From a virus: a stretch of 64,000 nt of DNA. Under the pieces are notes generated by a model. The model did not search any database, was not told where the DNA came from, and saw only the letters and a list, made by a program, of their open reading frames with translations. Within the stretch, counting starts at the first letter, position 1, and the number at the start of each line of letters is the position of its first letter. The stretch lies in the IMG/VR virus record IMGVR_UViG_3300023444_000001, positions 1-64,000 of that record. One strand, given 5' to 3'. Positions 1 to 9,507 of this stretch are shown here, in pieces. The position numbers and the translations under genes are program-made.

Positions 1-1305
1 AACTACTTGTTGAAATTGTCTAACTCCTCTCAAAACTGCCAAAGTACCCGCAGGAGCCTTATGTACACCTCTCGAATCATCAGTTCTTGCTATCAATCCA
101 GCAATATGCCCCATCAAAGGCACATAAGTTTTCCCTTGATTTAATGGGTCTTCAACTTCACCCCAAGGATAAAACAAAGCACCAAAAGATGTTGCATTCA
201 AAGCACCTGCCCATGTCTCTGCATCTGTAACATTGGCTCCAGCCTTAACTGAAACAAGAGCAATACAATCCTTTCTGCTTTCACAATAAGTAAAAAGATC
301 ATTTTGAAGTCCCTGTAAATCTGCATCTGTAGGGCTACCCGAACATGAATGAATATCCGGATCACAAAGAAGTGTTATTGAATCAACAGTATTAAACGCT
401 TGTGTTGTAGCAATAGCCGTACTATGATTCGTTACACTTGGTTGCAAAGTACCATCACTACCTGAAGTAAGAGTGCTTGAACCTACAGCCGGTCTATTTG
501 TAGGAATCGCACTCGCTGAATCTAAATCTGTGGTTACAATATAATTTGAGCCTGTAAGATCATCATTTACTACAGTCTCAACGTAATTTGGAGCAATTTC
601 AAGACCCGATGTTCCCGCTCCTCCCATAGTCAAATATTTCCATTCTTCAACTGTAACATTATTGTACTTGACAATAAGATCAAACTCTTGACTTATCACT
701 GTATTATCAATAGCCTGAGCCGAACTAAGCCCTGAATCTATAGTAATAACATTTGCTGACCTATCTACTGCTACTACAACATGATATTCTGGCCCAGTCT
801 GAAATTCCAAAATACTCCCTGGATAAATTCCTTCAGTTGAAGCAACTGTTATATTTGTATCTCCTATATTTGCCGCAGTACCTGAAATCTTCGTTGAAGC
901 AAGATTACTATTCGCTATATCAACTACAATATTATTCCCCCATGCTCCTCCATTTTTTGCATCAATTTGAAGAGTATTTACTGGAGTTGTAGCCTGATCT
1001 ACAACAGTAACTCCTGCTGTAACTTCATTACCATCTGTAATCCTTAAAACGTAACAACGACTTCCACCATTAGCAAAAAACCCGAAAACTGCATAAGCCA
1101 AATATGATCTTGTATTCCCCCAAGTAAAAAATCCTCCAAAGGTATCCTCAAATTCCTTCCAACTTGTAATAAGAGTTGGAGTACCAACAGGGCCTTTTTT
1201 AGCCCAACCTATAAAAGCCCCAACAGATGTAGCAACTCCCTCAATAGGTCTGGCTCCTAAAGAAACTTCCTCTATAAACACACCTGGATGTTGATATTGA
1301 GCCAT
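1..1305 (-). CDS. Tail sheath protein (3' end runs off the window)
   Basis: Not in the ORF track because it is truncated. Manual translation from ATG at 1305 gives MAQYQHPGVFIEEVSLGARPIEGVATSVGAFIGWAKKGPVGTPTLITSWKEFEDTFG...YAVFGFFANGGSRCYVLRI, the canonical sheath N-terminus. GGAG RBS upstream. Confidence 0.93.
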   Translation of the reverse strand, partial: MAQYQHPGVFIEEVSLGARPIEGVATSVGAFIGWAKKGPVGTPTLITSWKEFEDTFGGFFTWGNTRSYLAYAVFGFFANGGSRCYVLRITDGNEVTAGVTVVDQATTPVNTLQIDAKNGGAWGNNIVVDIANSNLASTKISGTAANIGDTNITVASTEGIYPGSILEFQTGPEYHVVVAVDRSANVITIDSGLSSAQAIDNTVISQEFDLIVKYNNVTVEEWKYLTMGGAGTSGLEIAPNYVETVVNDDLTGSNYIVTTDLDSASAIPTNRPAVGSSTLTSGSDGTLQPSVTNHSTAIATTQAFNTVDSITLLCDPDIHSCSGSPTDADLQGLQNDLFTYCESRKDCIALVSVKAGANVTDAETWAGALNATSFGALFYPWGEVEDPLNQGKTYVPLMGHIAGLIARTDDSRGVHKAPAGTLAVLRGVRQFQQVV

Positions 1306-1551
1306 TTACTTCTCCCTCCTCTTTCTATTTTTCTTCAAAACCAATTCCTTATTAGAATCAAAATCTGCATTTTCTACTTTAAGAACTATCAAATCCTTAA
1401 TCCTAACTAATCTTTGAATATTTTCATCTCTAAATTCACTTTCTGATAACTTAACTACTCCTCTAACCGGAAAATAATGATCTTTTTTATCTTTTACTTT
1501 AATAGAAATTGCAAAATTTCTTCTGTTCTTACAATAATAAAATTTTCTCAT
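1306..1551 (-). CDS. Small hypothetical protein, tail module
   Basis: 81 aa ORF abutting the sheath gene. Confidence 0.6.
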   Translation of the reverse strand: MRKFYYCKNRRNFAISIKVKDKKDHYFPVRGVVKLSESEFRDENIQRLVRIKDLIVLKVENADFDSNKELVLKKNRKRREK

Positions 1552-1564
1552 TTATTCACCCCCA

Positions 1565-2584
1565 TTACGGAAAATTCGTCCAAGGAGGGCCAGAAACTTC
1601 TGAAATTTCTATAATAGCAGTTTTAGCCAATTTCTTTGTTACTGGTACAGGTGAAATCATTTCTGTCTCTATTGAATACCCCAATATTTTTCTTAAAATT
1701 CGCTTTTCCCCAAGAATATCTGCATTTCTAAAATTCACCATTTCAACATTATAAGTCTCTCCTCCAAATCGAATATAACTAAATGCCGGAAGTCTTGTCA
1801 ATACCTGACCTAAAATATCATCCAAATTAGCCTGATATAAACTATAAATCTGAAATTCATAATTCAAATCAAATGCCTCTGGAAAATTTCTTACCTCTAC
1901 ATCTGAAGTAGAAAAATTTTCCAATATATTATCCACATCATCTCTCTCCAAATTAGAACTCATATCAAGCATAAAAATAGAAATTGCCGGATAAATTTCC
2001 TCCTTAAATTCTTCTTCAGGTGGAGCAATATGAACTGGAACTAAAATTCTCTCTTTATTTCCACTGGAATAATTATCATAATATATATCCCCAAGAACAC
2101 TAAGTAATTCCCTATTTACATCTTTCAAAAATTCATGCTTTACCCCAATAATTTCATCTATCCATAATCTAACTCTTTCTGAAGTCAAAATTGTAAATCG
2201 TAACTTTGTAATCCCATTTATAGTTGAATCTAAAATATCCCCCAAATAAAATCTCCTATGCTCCCACCAATTCACAGAATACAAATCAACCAGAAATTCA
2301 TTCTCCGTCGGATCAACTTTCCCAAATCCAAATTTAATTAAAGCCGTATCTCCAAAGCCCTTTTTTGTACCTCTAATCCAAAATCTTACTTCATCCATCT
2401 CTGATAAATCAACAGAATCAGAAAGAGTCTTATCTATAATAACTCCATTCGATCCCGCTGATATATTCAAATAATTTGATCCAATACCTTCTTTCTTTTG
2501 AAAAGTATCTACCGAAATTGTAACTAAACTTGGATCAGAAACCGTCCAAACAGAATCCATTGTATCCAAAAGAATTTCACTCAT
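1565..2584 (-). CDS. Tail/sheath terminator-like protein (Pvc16/DUF4255-like) with an extra N-terminal beta-sandwich domain
   Basis: C-terminal half YPAISIFMLD...FDLNYEFQIYS...DDILGQVLTRLP. N-terminal half is jelly-roll-like (DLSEMDEVRFWIRG...ITKLRF...LWIDEI). Lies just upstream of the sheath. Confidence 0.6.
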   Translation of the reverse strand: MSEILLDTMDSVWTVSDPSLVTISVDTFQKKEGIGSNYLNISAGSNGVIIDKTLSDSVDLSEMDEVRFWIRGTKKGFGDTALIKFGFGKVDPTENEFLVDLYSVNWWEHRRFYLGDILDSTINGITKLRFTILTSERVRLWIDEIIGVKHEFLKDVNRELLSVLGDIYYDNYSSGNKERILVPVHIAPPEEEFKEEIYPAISIFMLDMSSNLERDDVDNILENFSTSDVEVRNFPEAFDLNYEFQIYSLYQANLDDILGQVLTRLPAFSYIRFGGETYNVEMVNFRNADILGEKRILRKILGYSIETEMISPVPVTKKLAKTAIIEISEVSGPPWTNFP

Positions 2585-3069
2585 TTTTTCATACTACTCA
2601 AGAAAATTCCAACTTCAGTCTTTATCTTCGGAATTTCTTTCAACATTTGCCTTGCCGCTGGACCAAACAAAGGTCTTGGAGGTAAATGCTTTGTGGGATC
2701 ACCATGTTCAAGTAATTCTGCTAATTGCTCCATAGTTTTTCCACTCGACTTATGTTTTGCTTTTGTTGCTCCTGCAAATACAACCCCTTTACGAATTTGA
2801 ATAATTCTTAATTTCCTCTTAAACTCTCCTGTTGCTACCCATATACGAGGATCAAGCCCCATTTTCTTTTTCATTGCTTTCCACATAGGAGACAGGAGAG
2901 GAATATCAGAGGGCTGTTCATCAATTCTTTTTCTAACTAACTCAAGATACTTCGTTGAAGAGTGATATAAAAACATCTTATCCGCAATAGAAATATTTCT
3001 CGAATATCCTCTTAAATAAGATGGAAAATCTTTCCACCCCATTCCTGAAATTTTCATTCCAATATTCAT
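2581..3069 (-). CDS. Neck/tail completion protein (HK97 gp10-like)
   Basis: LEHG...LPPRPLFGPA motif and position between head closure and terminator. Confidence 0.65.
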   Translation of the reverse strand: MNIGMKISGMGWKDFPSYLRGYSRNISIADKMFLYHSSTKYLELVRKRIDEQPSDIPLLSPMWKAMKKKMGLDPRIWVATGEFKRKLRIIQIRKGVVFAGATKAKHKSSGKTMEQLAELLEHGDPTKHLPPRPLFGPAARQMLKEIPKIKTEVGIFLSSMKK

Positions 3070-3500
3070 AGCCCTGGGCTTACCTTTTTTGCAAAAATTT
3101 TAATTGTAACATCATTGTCTAACATCTTAGTAAATCCTACTTTAACAATATCATATCTTTTACCATTAAAAATCAAACAATCTTTTTCCCAATGATCTAA
3201 ATTTATTTCTCTTTTTTCTATCTCCTGATTAGTAGTGGAAACCATTAAATCTACGTCAACTGAAAGCCCCACCAATTTTAATTCTTCTGAAGATGGAGTC
3301 TCTGTAATTACACCTCTAAATGTTCTTCCAGAATGAAAACTCTTCCTTAAACTTTCAGAATAAACACCATCTTCTTCAGATGTTTCAGAATCAAATTTTT
3401 GATATTCTACATCTCCACCAAACAAGTACAAAACAGTGTTCAATTTTGATATAAGGGTCTTTGGACCAAAATACCCACTAAGTTTATTTCCATAACTCAT
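3066..3500 (-). CDS. Head-closure/stopper-like protein
   Basis: DGVYSE...D-x-LIFNGKRYDI pattern, size and synteny. Confidence 0.55.
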   Translation of the reverse strand: MSYGNKLSGYFGPKTLISKLNTVLYLFGGDVEYQKFDSETSEEDGVYSESLRKSFHSGRTFRGVITETPSSEELKLVGLSVDVDLMVSTTNQEIEKREINLDHWEKDCLIFNGKRYDIVKVGFTKMLDNDVTIKIFAKKVSPGL

Positions 3501-3799
3501 CCTACCCTACACTTTACTAAAAGAGTAGACTCAAATGAATTTTCTCCCGAGGTATATCTAAAATACACAGTATAATCCTCATTCTCTGTCATATTATAAA
3601 TTGTAACAGACACTATATTTTCTACCAAATTTGGAATACCTTTAATAACAGTCGCAGATACATCAACTCCAGAAGAATCTAATACTACAACATCATCTAA
3701 AACTGGAGTCTCACCATATCCAACATTTTCCCCAATATCAATAGACAACAAATGAGTCTCATTGGGACTTATCCTATGAATCTCAGGAATAACTCTCAT
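3497..3799 (-). CDS. Small beta-rich virion protein
   Basis: 100 aa all-beta pattern within the structural operon. Confidence 0.45.
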   Translation of the reverse strand: MRVIPEIHRISPNETHLLSIDIGENVGYGETPVLDDVVVLDSSGVDVSATVIKGIPNLVENIVSVTIYNMTENEDYTVYFRYTSGENSFESTLLVKCRVG

Positions 3800-3802
3800 C
3801 TA

Positions 3803-4303
3803 TTAGGCTCCAAGAAATGTTATTTCCCAATCTACTTGAAGTGTATCAGAAGTTGTAACATTTACAGCCGTAGAAAATAACCCACGAGCCATACAGTCAC
3901 CAGCCGCATGAGTTGCACTATTTATCAAAGCCGCTTCAATTATACCTGTTGCATTCAAATCTCCTGCCTCAAAAGAAGCCCTATACTGAACCACATTATC
4001 ATCAGTCAAACCCCAAGTTCCTTTCAACTTCGGATACCCTGTATCCAATATCTCAGGAATCCCAGTAACTGCAATAACCCCTGTATCCGCTTTTGATGGA
4101 GCAGTATTTGATGTTCCAACTTCCAAATAACTAATCATAGCCCTTGCATCAGTAGCACTCATATGATCTGCAATCAAAGCGTCTCCTTGATCTACAACCA
4201 AATTATTTGACCATCCAGTATCCTCTTTTAAGTTTCCTTCTTTATCAAATACTCTTGCTCTCAATCGACCAAAAATTTTAATTTCACTCATTATAGAAAC
4301 CAT
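3803..4303 (-). CDS. Virion structural protein (fiber-base-like)
   Basis: NLVVDQG...YLEVGT...IIEAAL...AR...VNVTTSDTLQVDWEITF, a common phage structural pattern. Confidence 0.6.
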   Translation of the reverse strand: MVSIMSEIKIFGRLRARVFDKEGNLKEDTGWSNNLVVDQGDALIADHMSATDARAMISYLEVGTSNTAPSKADTGVIAVTGIPEILDTGYPKLKGTWGLTDDNVVQYRASFEAGDLNATGIIEAALINSATHAAGDCMARGLFSTAVNVTTSDTLQVDWEITFLGA

Positions 4304-4314
4304 AAATTCCTCCT

Positions 4315-4578
4315 TTACTTCAACTTTTTAGGAATTATACAAAAGAACTTAAAACCATCTTTTTTTGCCATATACTTATAATCCCCAGAAGGTCTCTTAT
4401 TTGGAGACTTATTAGCACAAAAATCCATTAAATTTGCCTGAAAAAACTCTGGAGAAACTTGAATTGCATATCCTTTATCCTCTACAATCCCTTCAGGTAA
4501 ATTAACTTTTGCTTCCTTCTTTTGAAGCAAAAATTTTTCAAAGTCTTTATTCACTTTACCCTCCTTTTCTAACCACAA
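4315..4578 (-). CDS. Hypothetical protein
   Basis: 87 aa ORF overlapping the upstream gene. Confidence 0.5.
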   Translation of the reverse strand: MWLEKEGKVNKDFEKFLLQKKEAKVNLPEGIVEDKGYAIQVSPEFFQANLMDFCANKSPNKRPSGDYKYMAKKDGFKFFCIIPKKLK

Positions 4579-6661
4579 AATTCAAAGTTCTCTTAACAAC
4601 ACGAAATAACAAATTTTCTTTCTCACTTACAAAATTCAAAATCCTTCTCTGAGAAGAAAAGAAATAAAGTATAACCTTTTCTATTCCCCTCAAACCCGCA
4701 GAAACAATATCCGAAATTCCGACTAAATCAACAATTTGTCGAAAAAATGTCCCTGTTTTAATCAAACTATCTTGAACATTTACCCCATCAAAAATCACTT
4801 GATGAATCATTCCTAATGAAGCATTAACCCAATCACTAATTCCAACTGTTTCAACCTCACTTCTTACAAAATTTACTCCCCTTGAAATTAAGTCACTCAC
4901 TCCAACAGAATCAATAATATTCCGAGAAAATGATTCTACTCTAACAAATATATCAGATATTCCAACTAAATCTACTAATTGCCTAAAAAAGGAGCCAACC
5001 TTATTTACAGAATCAGTAATATTCAAAGTATCAATAATACTTCGACTTAACATACCAATTTTAGAAACCATATCCGTAATTCCAACTACATCAAAAATAT
5101 TTCTTAAAAAAGCAACTTGTCTTGAAACTATATCTGATATAGAAACTGAATCCCCTAATTGCTTAAAGAATGTTCCAGTTCTTAAAACTATATCCGATAT
5201 TGAAACTGAATCTCCAATAAATCTAACAAATACCCCGAAAAAATTCAAATTATCGGAAATACTTTCTTGGTCATACAAATTTCTCAATTTATAAACCTGA
5301 TTGGAAACAGTATCTGTAATAGAAATAGAATCTATTTTACTTCTAAAAAAAATTCCTACTTTATAAACATTATCTGTAATTCCAACCGAATTTACAAGCG
5401 ACCTTATAAATGCTTCTACATTTGATACTATATCACTCACTCCAACAGAATCTATTAAGGTTCTAACTAATCCTCTACTTTGACTCATTAAATCAGTTAT
5501 ACCAATAGAATCAAAAATTTCTCGAACAAAAGAACTACTCTTTGAAACTACATCAGTTATTCCAACAGAATCAATAATATTCCGCAAAAAAGATTCTACC
5601 ACAAAAATAGAATCTGTAATATTTACACTTTCACTAAAATTCCGAAAAAATACTCCTATTTTAGAAACTACATCTGTAATACCTACATTATCTGCTAAAC
5701 TCCTTGCAAAGACACCTATATTTGTCATTATGTCCGATATAGATACTGTATCTGCTAAACTTACTGCTATGCCTTCTGATAAAGATACCATATCTGTAAC
5801 TCCAGCAGAATCAAAAATAGACTTAATAAAATTTCCTCCTTTACTCAATACATCACTTATTCCAAGTGAATCTACAGCAAGTTTCTTATATGTCGCCATT
5901 TTATTCATATTATCATTTATTCCAACAGATTCCGTAAGTAATTTACTATACGTTCCAATCCTATTCATACTATCAGATACTCCAACAGAATCACTTACTT
6001 TAGAAAAAGTTTTTCCACCAAACCAACTTGAATTTGATCCTTCAATAAGATCATAATTAAATCTTCCATACATAGTCGAAGTAAAACTTACAAACCCAAA
6101 TCCCATTTTACCAGCAGATACGCCATAAGTATTTTGTACAAAATTTGAAGCAATAACATTGCCATCTATTCTAAACTCTGCTCCTCCAGCAGAAGTATCA
6201 CCACCTTTATACCAACACTCCAATCTATACCAATGATCTGACTCTAAATCATAAGGATAAAAAGTATTGATAAATTGCGTTCCAAATCTATCCCAAGCCT
6301 GACATCTAACTCTATAACCTTGCCCTGAAACCCCAGTTCTTCCAAAACCTATAGTTGCAAAAACTACCGCTCCACTTGTCTCTATTTGTAACAAATTTCC
6401 AACATTTACTGCTGATTGCTGAAAGTATGTTGACGATGAATACTTAAAATAAAACCTATAATAAGAACTTACTTGACTTGCAAAACCAGCCCCTAAATAC
6501 CCAGAAACATTGTTCTCACTTCCTAATTTTTCTACTTGAAATCCATACGACCCATCTACAGCAATAGCAGGATATGTAAGCACTACTCCTGGATCATATA
6601 CTTCAGTACTAAAACTTCCTTTATTCTGACTTTCAAAACTTTCAGAGAAAAAAGTCGCCAT
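4556..6661 (-). CDS. Fiber-like protein: N-terminal lectin/jelly-roll domain plus ~22 tandem 20-aa repeats
   Basis: WYRLECW...EFRIDG domain followed by DSVGITD-type repeats every 20 aa. Confidence 0.75.
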   Translation of the reverse strand: MATFFSESFESQNKGSFSTEVYDPGVVLTYPAIAVDGSYGFQVEKLGSENNVSGYLGAGFASQVSSYYRFYFKYSSSTYFQQSAVNVGNLLQIETSGAVVFATIGFGRTGVSGQGYRVRCQAWDRFGTQFINTFYPYDLESDHWYRLECWYKGGDTSAGGAEFRIDGNVIASNFVQNTYGVSAGKMGFGFVSFTSTMYGRFNYDLIEGSNSSWFGGKTFSKVSDSVGVSDSMNRIGTYSKLLTESVGINDNMNKMATYKKLAVDSLGISDVLSKGGNFIKSIFDSAGVTDMVSLSEGIAVSLADTVSISDIMTNIGVFARSLADNVGITDVVSKIGVFFRNFSESVNITDSIFVVESFLRNIIDSVGITDVVSKSSSFVREIFDSIGITDLMSQSRGLVRTLIDSVGVSDIVSNVEAFIRSLVNSVGITDNVYKVGIFFRSKIDSISITDTVSNQVYKLRNLYDQESISDNLNFFGVFVRFIGDSVSISDIVLRTGTFFKQLGDSVSISDIVSRQVAFLRNIFDVVGITDMVSKIGMLSRSIIDTLNITDSVNKVGSFFRQLVDLVGISDIFVRVESFSRNIIDSVGVSDLISRGVNFVRSEVETVGISDWVNASLGMIHQVIFDGVNVQDSLIKTGTFFRQIVDLVGISDIVSAGLRGIEKVILYFFSSQRRILNFVSEKENLLFRVVKRTLNFVVRKGG
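4700..6000 (-). repeat. Degenerate coding tandem repeat, 60 nt period
   Basis: Motifs such as tccaacagaatc recur in register in the 60-nt lines; boundaries approximate. Confidence 0.8.
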
Positions 6662-6665
6662 TCAC

Positions 6666-7193
6666 CTATCCAAGTATAGACTTATAAGCCCAATTAGAAA
6701 AAGCATCTAAATCCACATAACCTCTTTTCAAAACTATACGAAACTCATTCATATCAAAATATGGATCAATCTTTTTAGAATCAACCTCCTTATGCCCTAA
6801 AACAGAATCAATACTTATTAAATATAATTCCACTCTAACTAAATAAGCACACATAATCAATGCTGACCAAATCTGTTTCGGTGTAGGATATACCTCCGGA
6901 GTTGAAATTAAACATATTCCAATACTATTTTCATTATAACCCAAAGCATGAGCACCAACCTCTCCTAAAAAGTCGTATGGATTATCGTTCAAGTCTCTTC
7001 CAGGCATAATCAAACCATCAAGACTTGAATCATAACGTTTTTTTCTCCAATCATCTTTTGTTAAAAATCCATTTCCTATAACAGCATTATATCCTATATC
7101 TTTCCATCCTCTTTCTAAATGCCATCTTCTAATAGTCTTAACATCACCAAACTCTGATGCAGACCCATGCAATATAATTTCATTTTTTTCCAT
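6666..7193 (-). CDS. Endolysin, N-acetylmuramoyl-L-alanine amidase (Amidase_2, T7 lysozyme-like)
   Basis: IILHGS, WHLERGWKDIGYN, GAHALGYNENSIGICL, GHKE...KIDP. Confidence 0.9.
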   Translation of the reverse strand: MEKNEIILHGSASEFGDVKTIRRWHLERGWKDIGYNAVIGNGFLTKDDWRKKRYDSSLDGLIMPGRDLNDNPYDFLGEVGAHALGYNENSIGICLISTPEVYPTPKQIWSALIMCAYLVRVELYLISIDSVLGHKEVDSKKIDPYFDMNEFRIVLKRGYVDLDAFSNWAYKSILG

Positions 7194-7383
7194 TAGTCTT
7201 TATCTTTGCTCTTCCCCAGATATAAGCACACACCGGGGCCAAGGCGCCGGTGAATACCGCATCGAGTTTGCCAAGCATCGCCAGATGGTAATACATCCAG
7301 ACGATCACAGCCGTGAAGATAGTCTCCGTGGAGAATAGACGCTGTACACGGCCTTGTATCCATTGACTCCATGTTTCTCGCAT
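7180..7383 (-). CDS. Putative holin (two TM segments)
   Basis: 67 aa, two hydrophobic helices, basic C-terminus, directly upstream of the amidase. Confidence 0.6.
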   Translation of the reverse strand: MRETWSQWIQGRVQRLFSTETIFTAVIVWMYYHLAMLGKLDAVFTGALAPVCAYIWGRAKIKTNGKK

Positions 7384-7386
7384 TTC

Positions 7387-7614
7387 TTACCTCCTATCAT
7401 TATTCAAAGTATCAAGTTTCCGCTCGATTCGTTCCAGACGACTTTTCATATCTTGAGCCATCTCATCAAATTGATCTCGTGATACATAACGCTCATCACA
7501 ACCCTCAGCACGACGTTCGATATTACGGAGTCTATAGCCCATCACCTGATAGGAGCCCCAGAAGCCCAAGATCACTGCACCGAAGGTCATTGCTGCTGGT
7601 AGATACTCGTACAT
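7387..7614 (-). CDS. Single-TM coiled-coil protein, lysis cassette
   Basis: N-terminal hydrophobic helix; C-terminal RLERIERKLD. Confidence 0.55.
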   Translation of the reverse strand: MYEYLPAAMTFGAVILGFWGSYQVMGYRLRNIERRAEGCDERYVSRDQFDEMAQDMKSRLERIERKLDTLNNDRR

Positions 7615-7632
7615 ACCTTCTAATCCTCCCTA

Positions 7633-8694
7633 TTACAAAACAGTAACTTCAATCTCATTGGATTGAACTAACAAATCAGATGAAACAACTGTCGAGGTAT
7701 TCCAAGTCCACATCTTGTAAAAATAACTTCCAGAACTTAAACCTGTATCTACATATTCAATAACTCTTGGATCACTTACCACTTTTATTAAATCATTATC
7801 TCTTGTAACACCAGAACTTTGGCTCCTGTAAATTTCATGTTTCAAAAAATCATAATCTGAAATTTTCTGCCATAACAAAGTAACATCTGATCCTGAAACA
7901 CTTCCGCTTAAAACCATCTTAGTTGGAGCCAAAACAACTCCTCTTGGCTTAAATACCTGATGTAATCTATCCCAAATAATCAACTGAGAATCAACTACAT
8001 GACCTCTACCAGCCCCTTCAAAATATCTCTCCTTATATTCTGATGCTAACTCAAGCCATGACTTGAAGGGACTATCCAACCCGGATTCAGAAATAGATAA
8101 ATCTCCTCCAGACGTAGAATAAGAACTTCCATGCAATCCTTCTCCTTCTTCATTCGACACTGAAGAAAATTCATCTAATTCTTCTGCTGACCGTAATTGG
8201 GCCATAAAAGCCGAAGCCAAAAAAACAATAAGATATTCATACTTAGCAGGTAAAGTTGCTATTTGATATTCTCCATCATTAAAAACGTTCAAAGCATCAT
8301 TTATTGCCTGCAAATAAACTGCATCCTCAAACAAATGCTTTGTGAATAAAAAAGCATCTTTTCCAAGACAATCTAATTCCTCAACAGGAATCAATTCAAG
8401 AGAAGACGTAGAAGAAAATACTTTTCTATTTCTTTGTGCTAAATAACCATCAACTGAATTTATCGCTAAAACTAATTCTCCAAGAGTATCATAATTGACA
8501 TCTGCAAGAGAATAATTCAAATCTACTATTGAGCCTCCAATAACTGACGTAACAAAATATCCATCGGATGTAATTTTAACTGTAGCCTTTGATGCCCCTC
8601 TCGAATCAACTTTAACAGAAATAGCGGATATTTCTGTTTCAATATCCGCTATTTTCCGTCTTACCCGTGAAATCAGATCGGCTTGATCCGCCAT
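7633..8694 (-). CDS. Head-tail adaptor-like protein with a C-terminal FN3 domain
   Basis: LISRVRRKIAD N-terminus. FN3 signature VTLLW...YRS...YVDTGLSSGSYFYK...SNE. Confidence 0.6.
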   Translation of the reverse strand: MADQADLISRVRRKIADIETEISAISVKVDSRGASKATVKITSDGYFVTSVIGGSIVDLNYSLADVNYDTLGELVLAINSVDGYLAQRNRKVFSSTSSLELIPVEELDCLGKDAFLFTKHLFEDAVYLQAINDALNVFNDGEYQIATLPAKYEYLIVFLASAFMAQLRSAEELDEFSSVSNEEGEGLHGSSYSTSGGDLSISESGLDSPFKSWLELASEYKERYFEGAGRGHVVDSQLIIWDRLHQVFKPRGVVLAPTKMVLSGSVSGSDVTLLWQKISDYDFLKHEIYRSQSSGVTRDNDLIKVVSDPRVIEYVDTGLSSGSYFYKMWTWNTSTVVSSDLLVQSNEIEVTVL

Positions 8695-8908
8695 TTATTT
8701 GTTCCTTCGACTTAAAACCCATACCCATATTTAATGCTTCAGAAGAAAGGTTTTCCAAACGTTCTTTTCTTTTCTTCTCTAAAAATCTTTTAATTTTATC
8801 TGTCATAAATCCACTCTTTGGAACTCCAAATTTAATGGCCTCTTTTTGAAACCGTTGCTGTTGAAATTTATCTAATCCCTTCGGTTTCATAAAAGAAAAT
8901 TTATTCAT
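8639..8908 (-). CDS. Hypothetical protein
   Basis: 89 aa ORF in the head operon. Confidence 0.45.
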   Translation of the reverse strand: MNKFSFMKPKGLDKFQQQRFQKEAIKFGVPKSGFMTDKIKRFLEKKRKERLENLSSEALNMGMGFKSKEQINGGSSRSDFTGKTENSGY

Positions 8909-8914
8909 CTTCTA

Positions 8915-9187
8915 TTACCTCATAGATAATGCTACCCACCAAAAAGATAAACCAGACGTTGGTGCCGTAGAACTACGAGATACTGTAACTGCTCCATCTG
9001 TAATTACTCCATCACTAAAAAAGTGCTCATCAGAAGCATAATCTACTTTTGGAAGAATAACCAAACAAACATTCTGATCTTCATCCAAGTTCGTAAATAC
9101 TTCCACAGTCAATCCCGTCCCAGTAAAACTTGCATCACCCCATGATAAAACCTTTCCAAAAGGTGGCAAAGCATTCTTTTTGCTCAT
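8915..9187 (-). CDS. Small virion protein, possibly capsid decoration
   Basis: AAGGAGG RBS; beta-rich; downstream of the capsid gene. Confidence 0.5.
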   Translation of the reverse strand: MSKKNALPPFGKVLSWGDASFTGTGLTVEVFTNLDEDQNVCLVILPKVDYASDEHFFSDGVITDGAVTVSRSSTAPTSGLSFWWVALSMR

Positions 9188-9203
9188 TTAGACCTCCTTA
9201 GAC

Positions 9204-9229
9204 AAAAGGGCAAGATATTCCTTGCCCTT
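9204..9229 (-). terminator. Intrinsic terminator after the capsid genes
   Basis: Minus strand AAGGGCAAG-gaatat-CTTGCCCTT followed by TTGT. Confidence 0.65.
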
Positions 9230-9261
9230 AAATCAAATTCAAATTTTCAGCCATTAACAAC

Positions 9262-9495
9262 CTACCGAACCAGAAGATTCATTCGTTCCAAAGCATCATA
9301 TACTCCAGAAGGAACCTTCTGACTTTTTCCAGCCAAAAACTTATAACTTTTTCCCCCAACTTTAATCGTTATATCTTTTGTAACAACAACTTTAGTATCA
9401 GTAGGCACTGCATCCCTTGTTACAACCTTCTTTACTACTTTAACAGGATTTTTTTTATCAACTTTTCGGGCAACCTGTTTATCCTTTTTAACCAT
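9262..9495 (-). CDS. Small basic protein after the major capsid gene
   Basis: Lys/Val-rich; YKFLAGKSQKVP motif. Confidence 0.6.
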   Translation of the reverse strand: MVKKDKQVARKVDKKNPVKVVKKVVTRDAVPTDTKVVVTKDITIKVGGKSYKFLAGKSQKVPSGVYDALERMNLLVR

Positions 9496-9507
9496 TTAAT
9501 TTTCCTC

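Noticed and set aside
4700-6000. 60-nt periodicity as a CRISPR array
   Set aside because: The repeats are degenerate at synonymous positions and lie within one long ORF, so this is a protein repeat.
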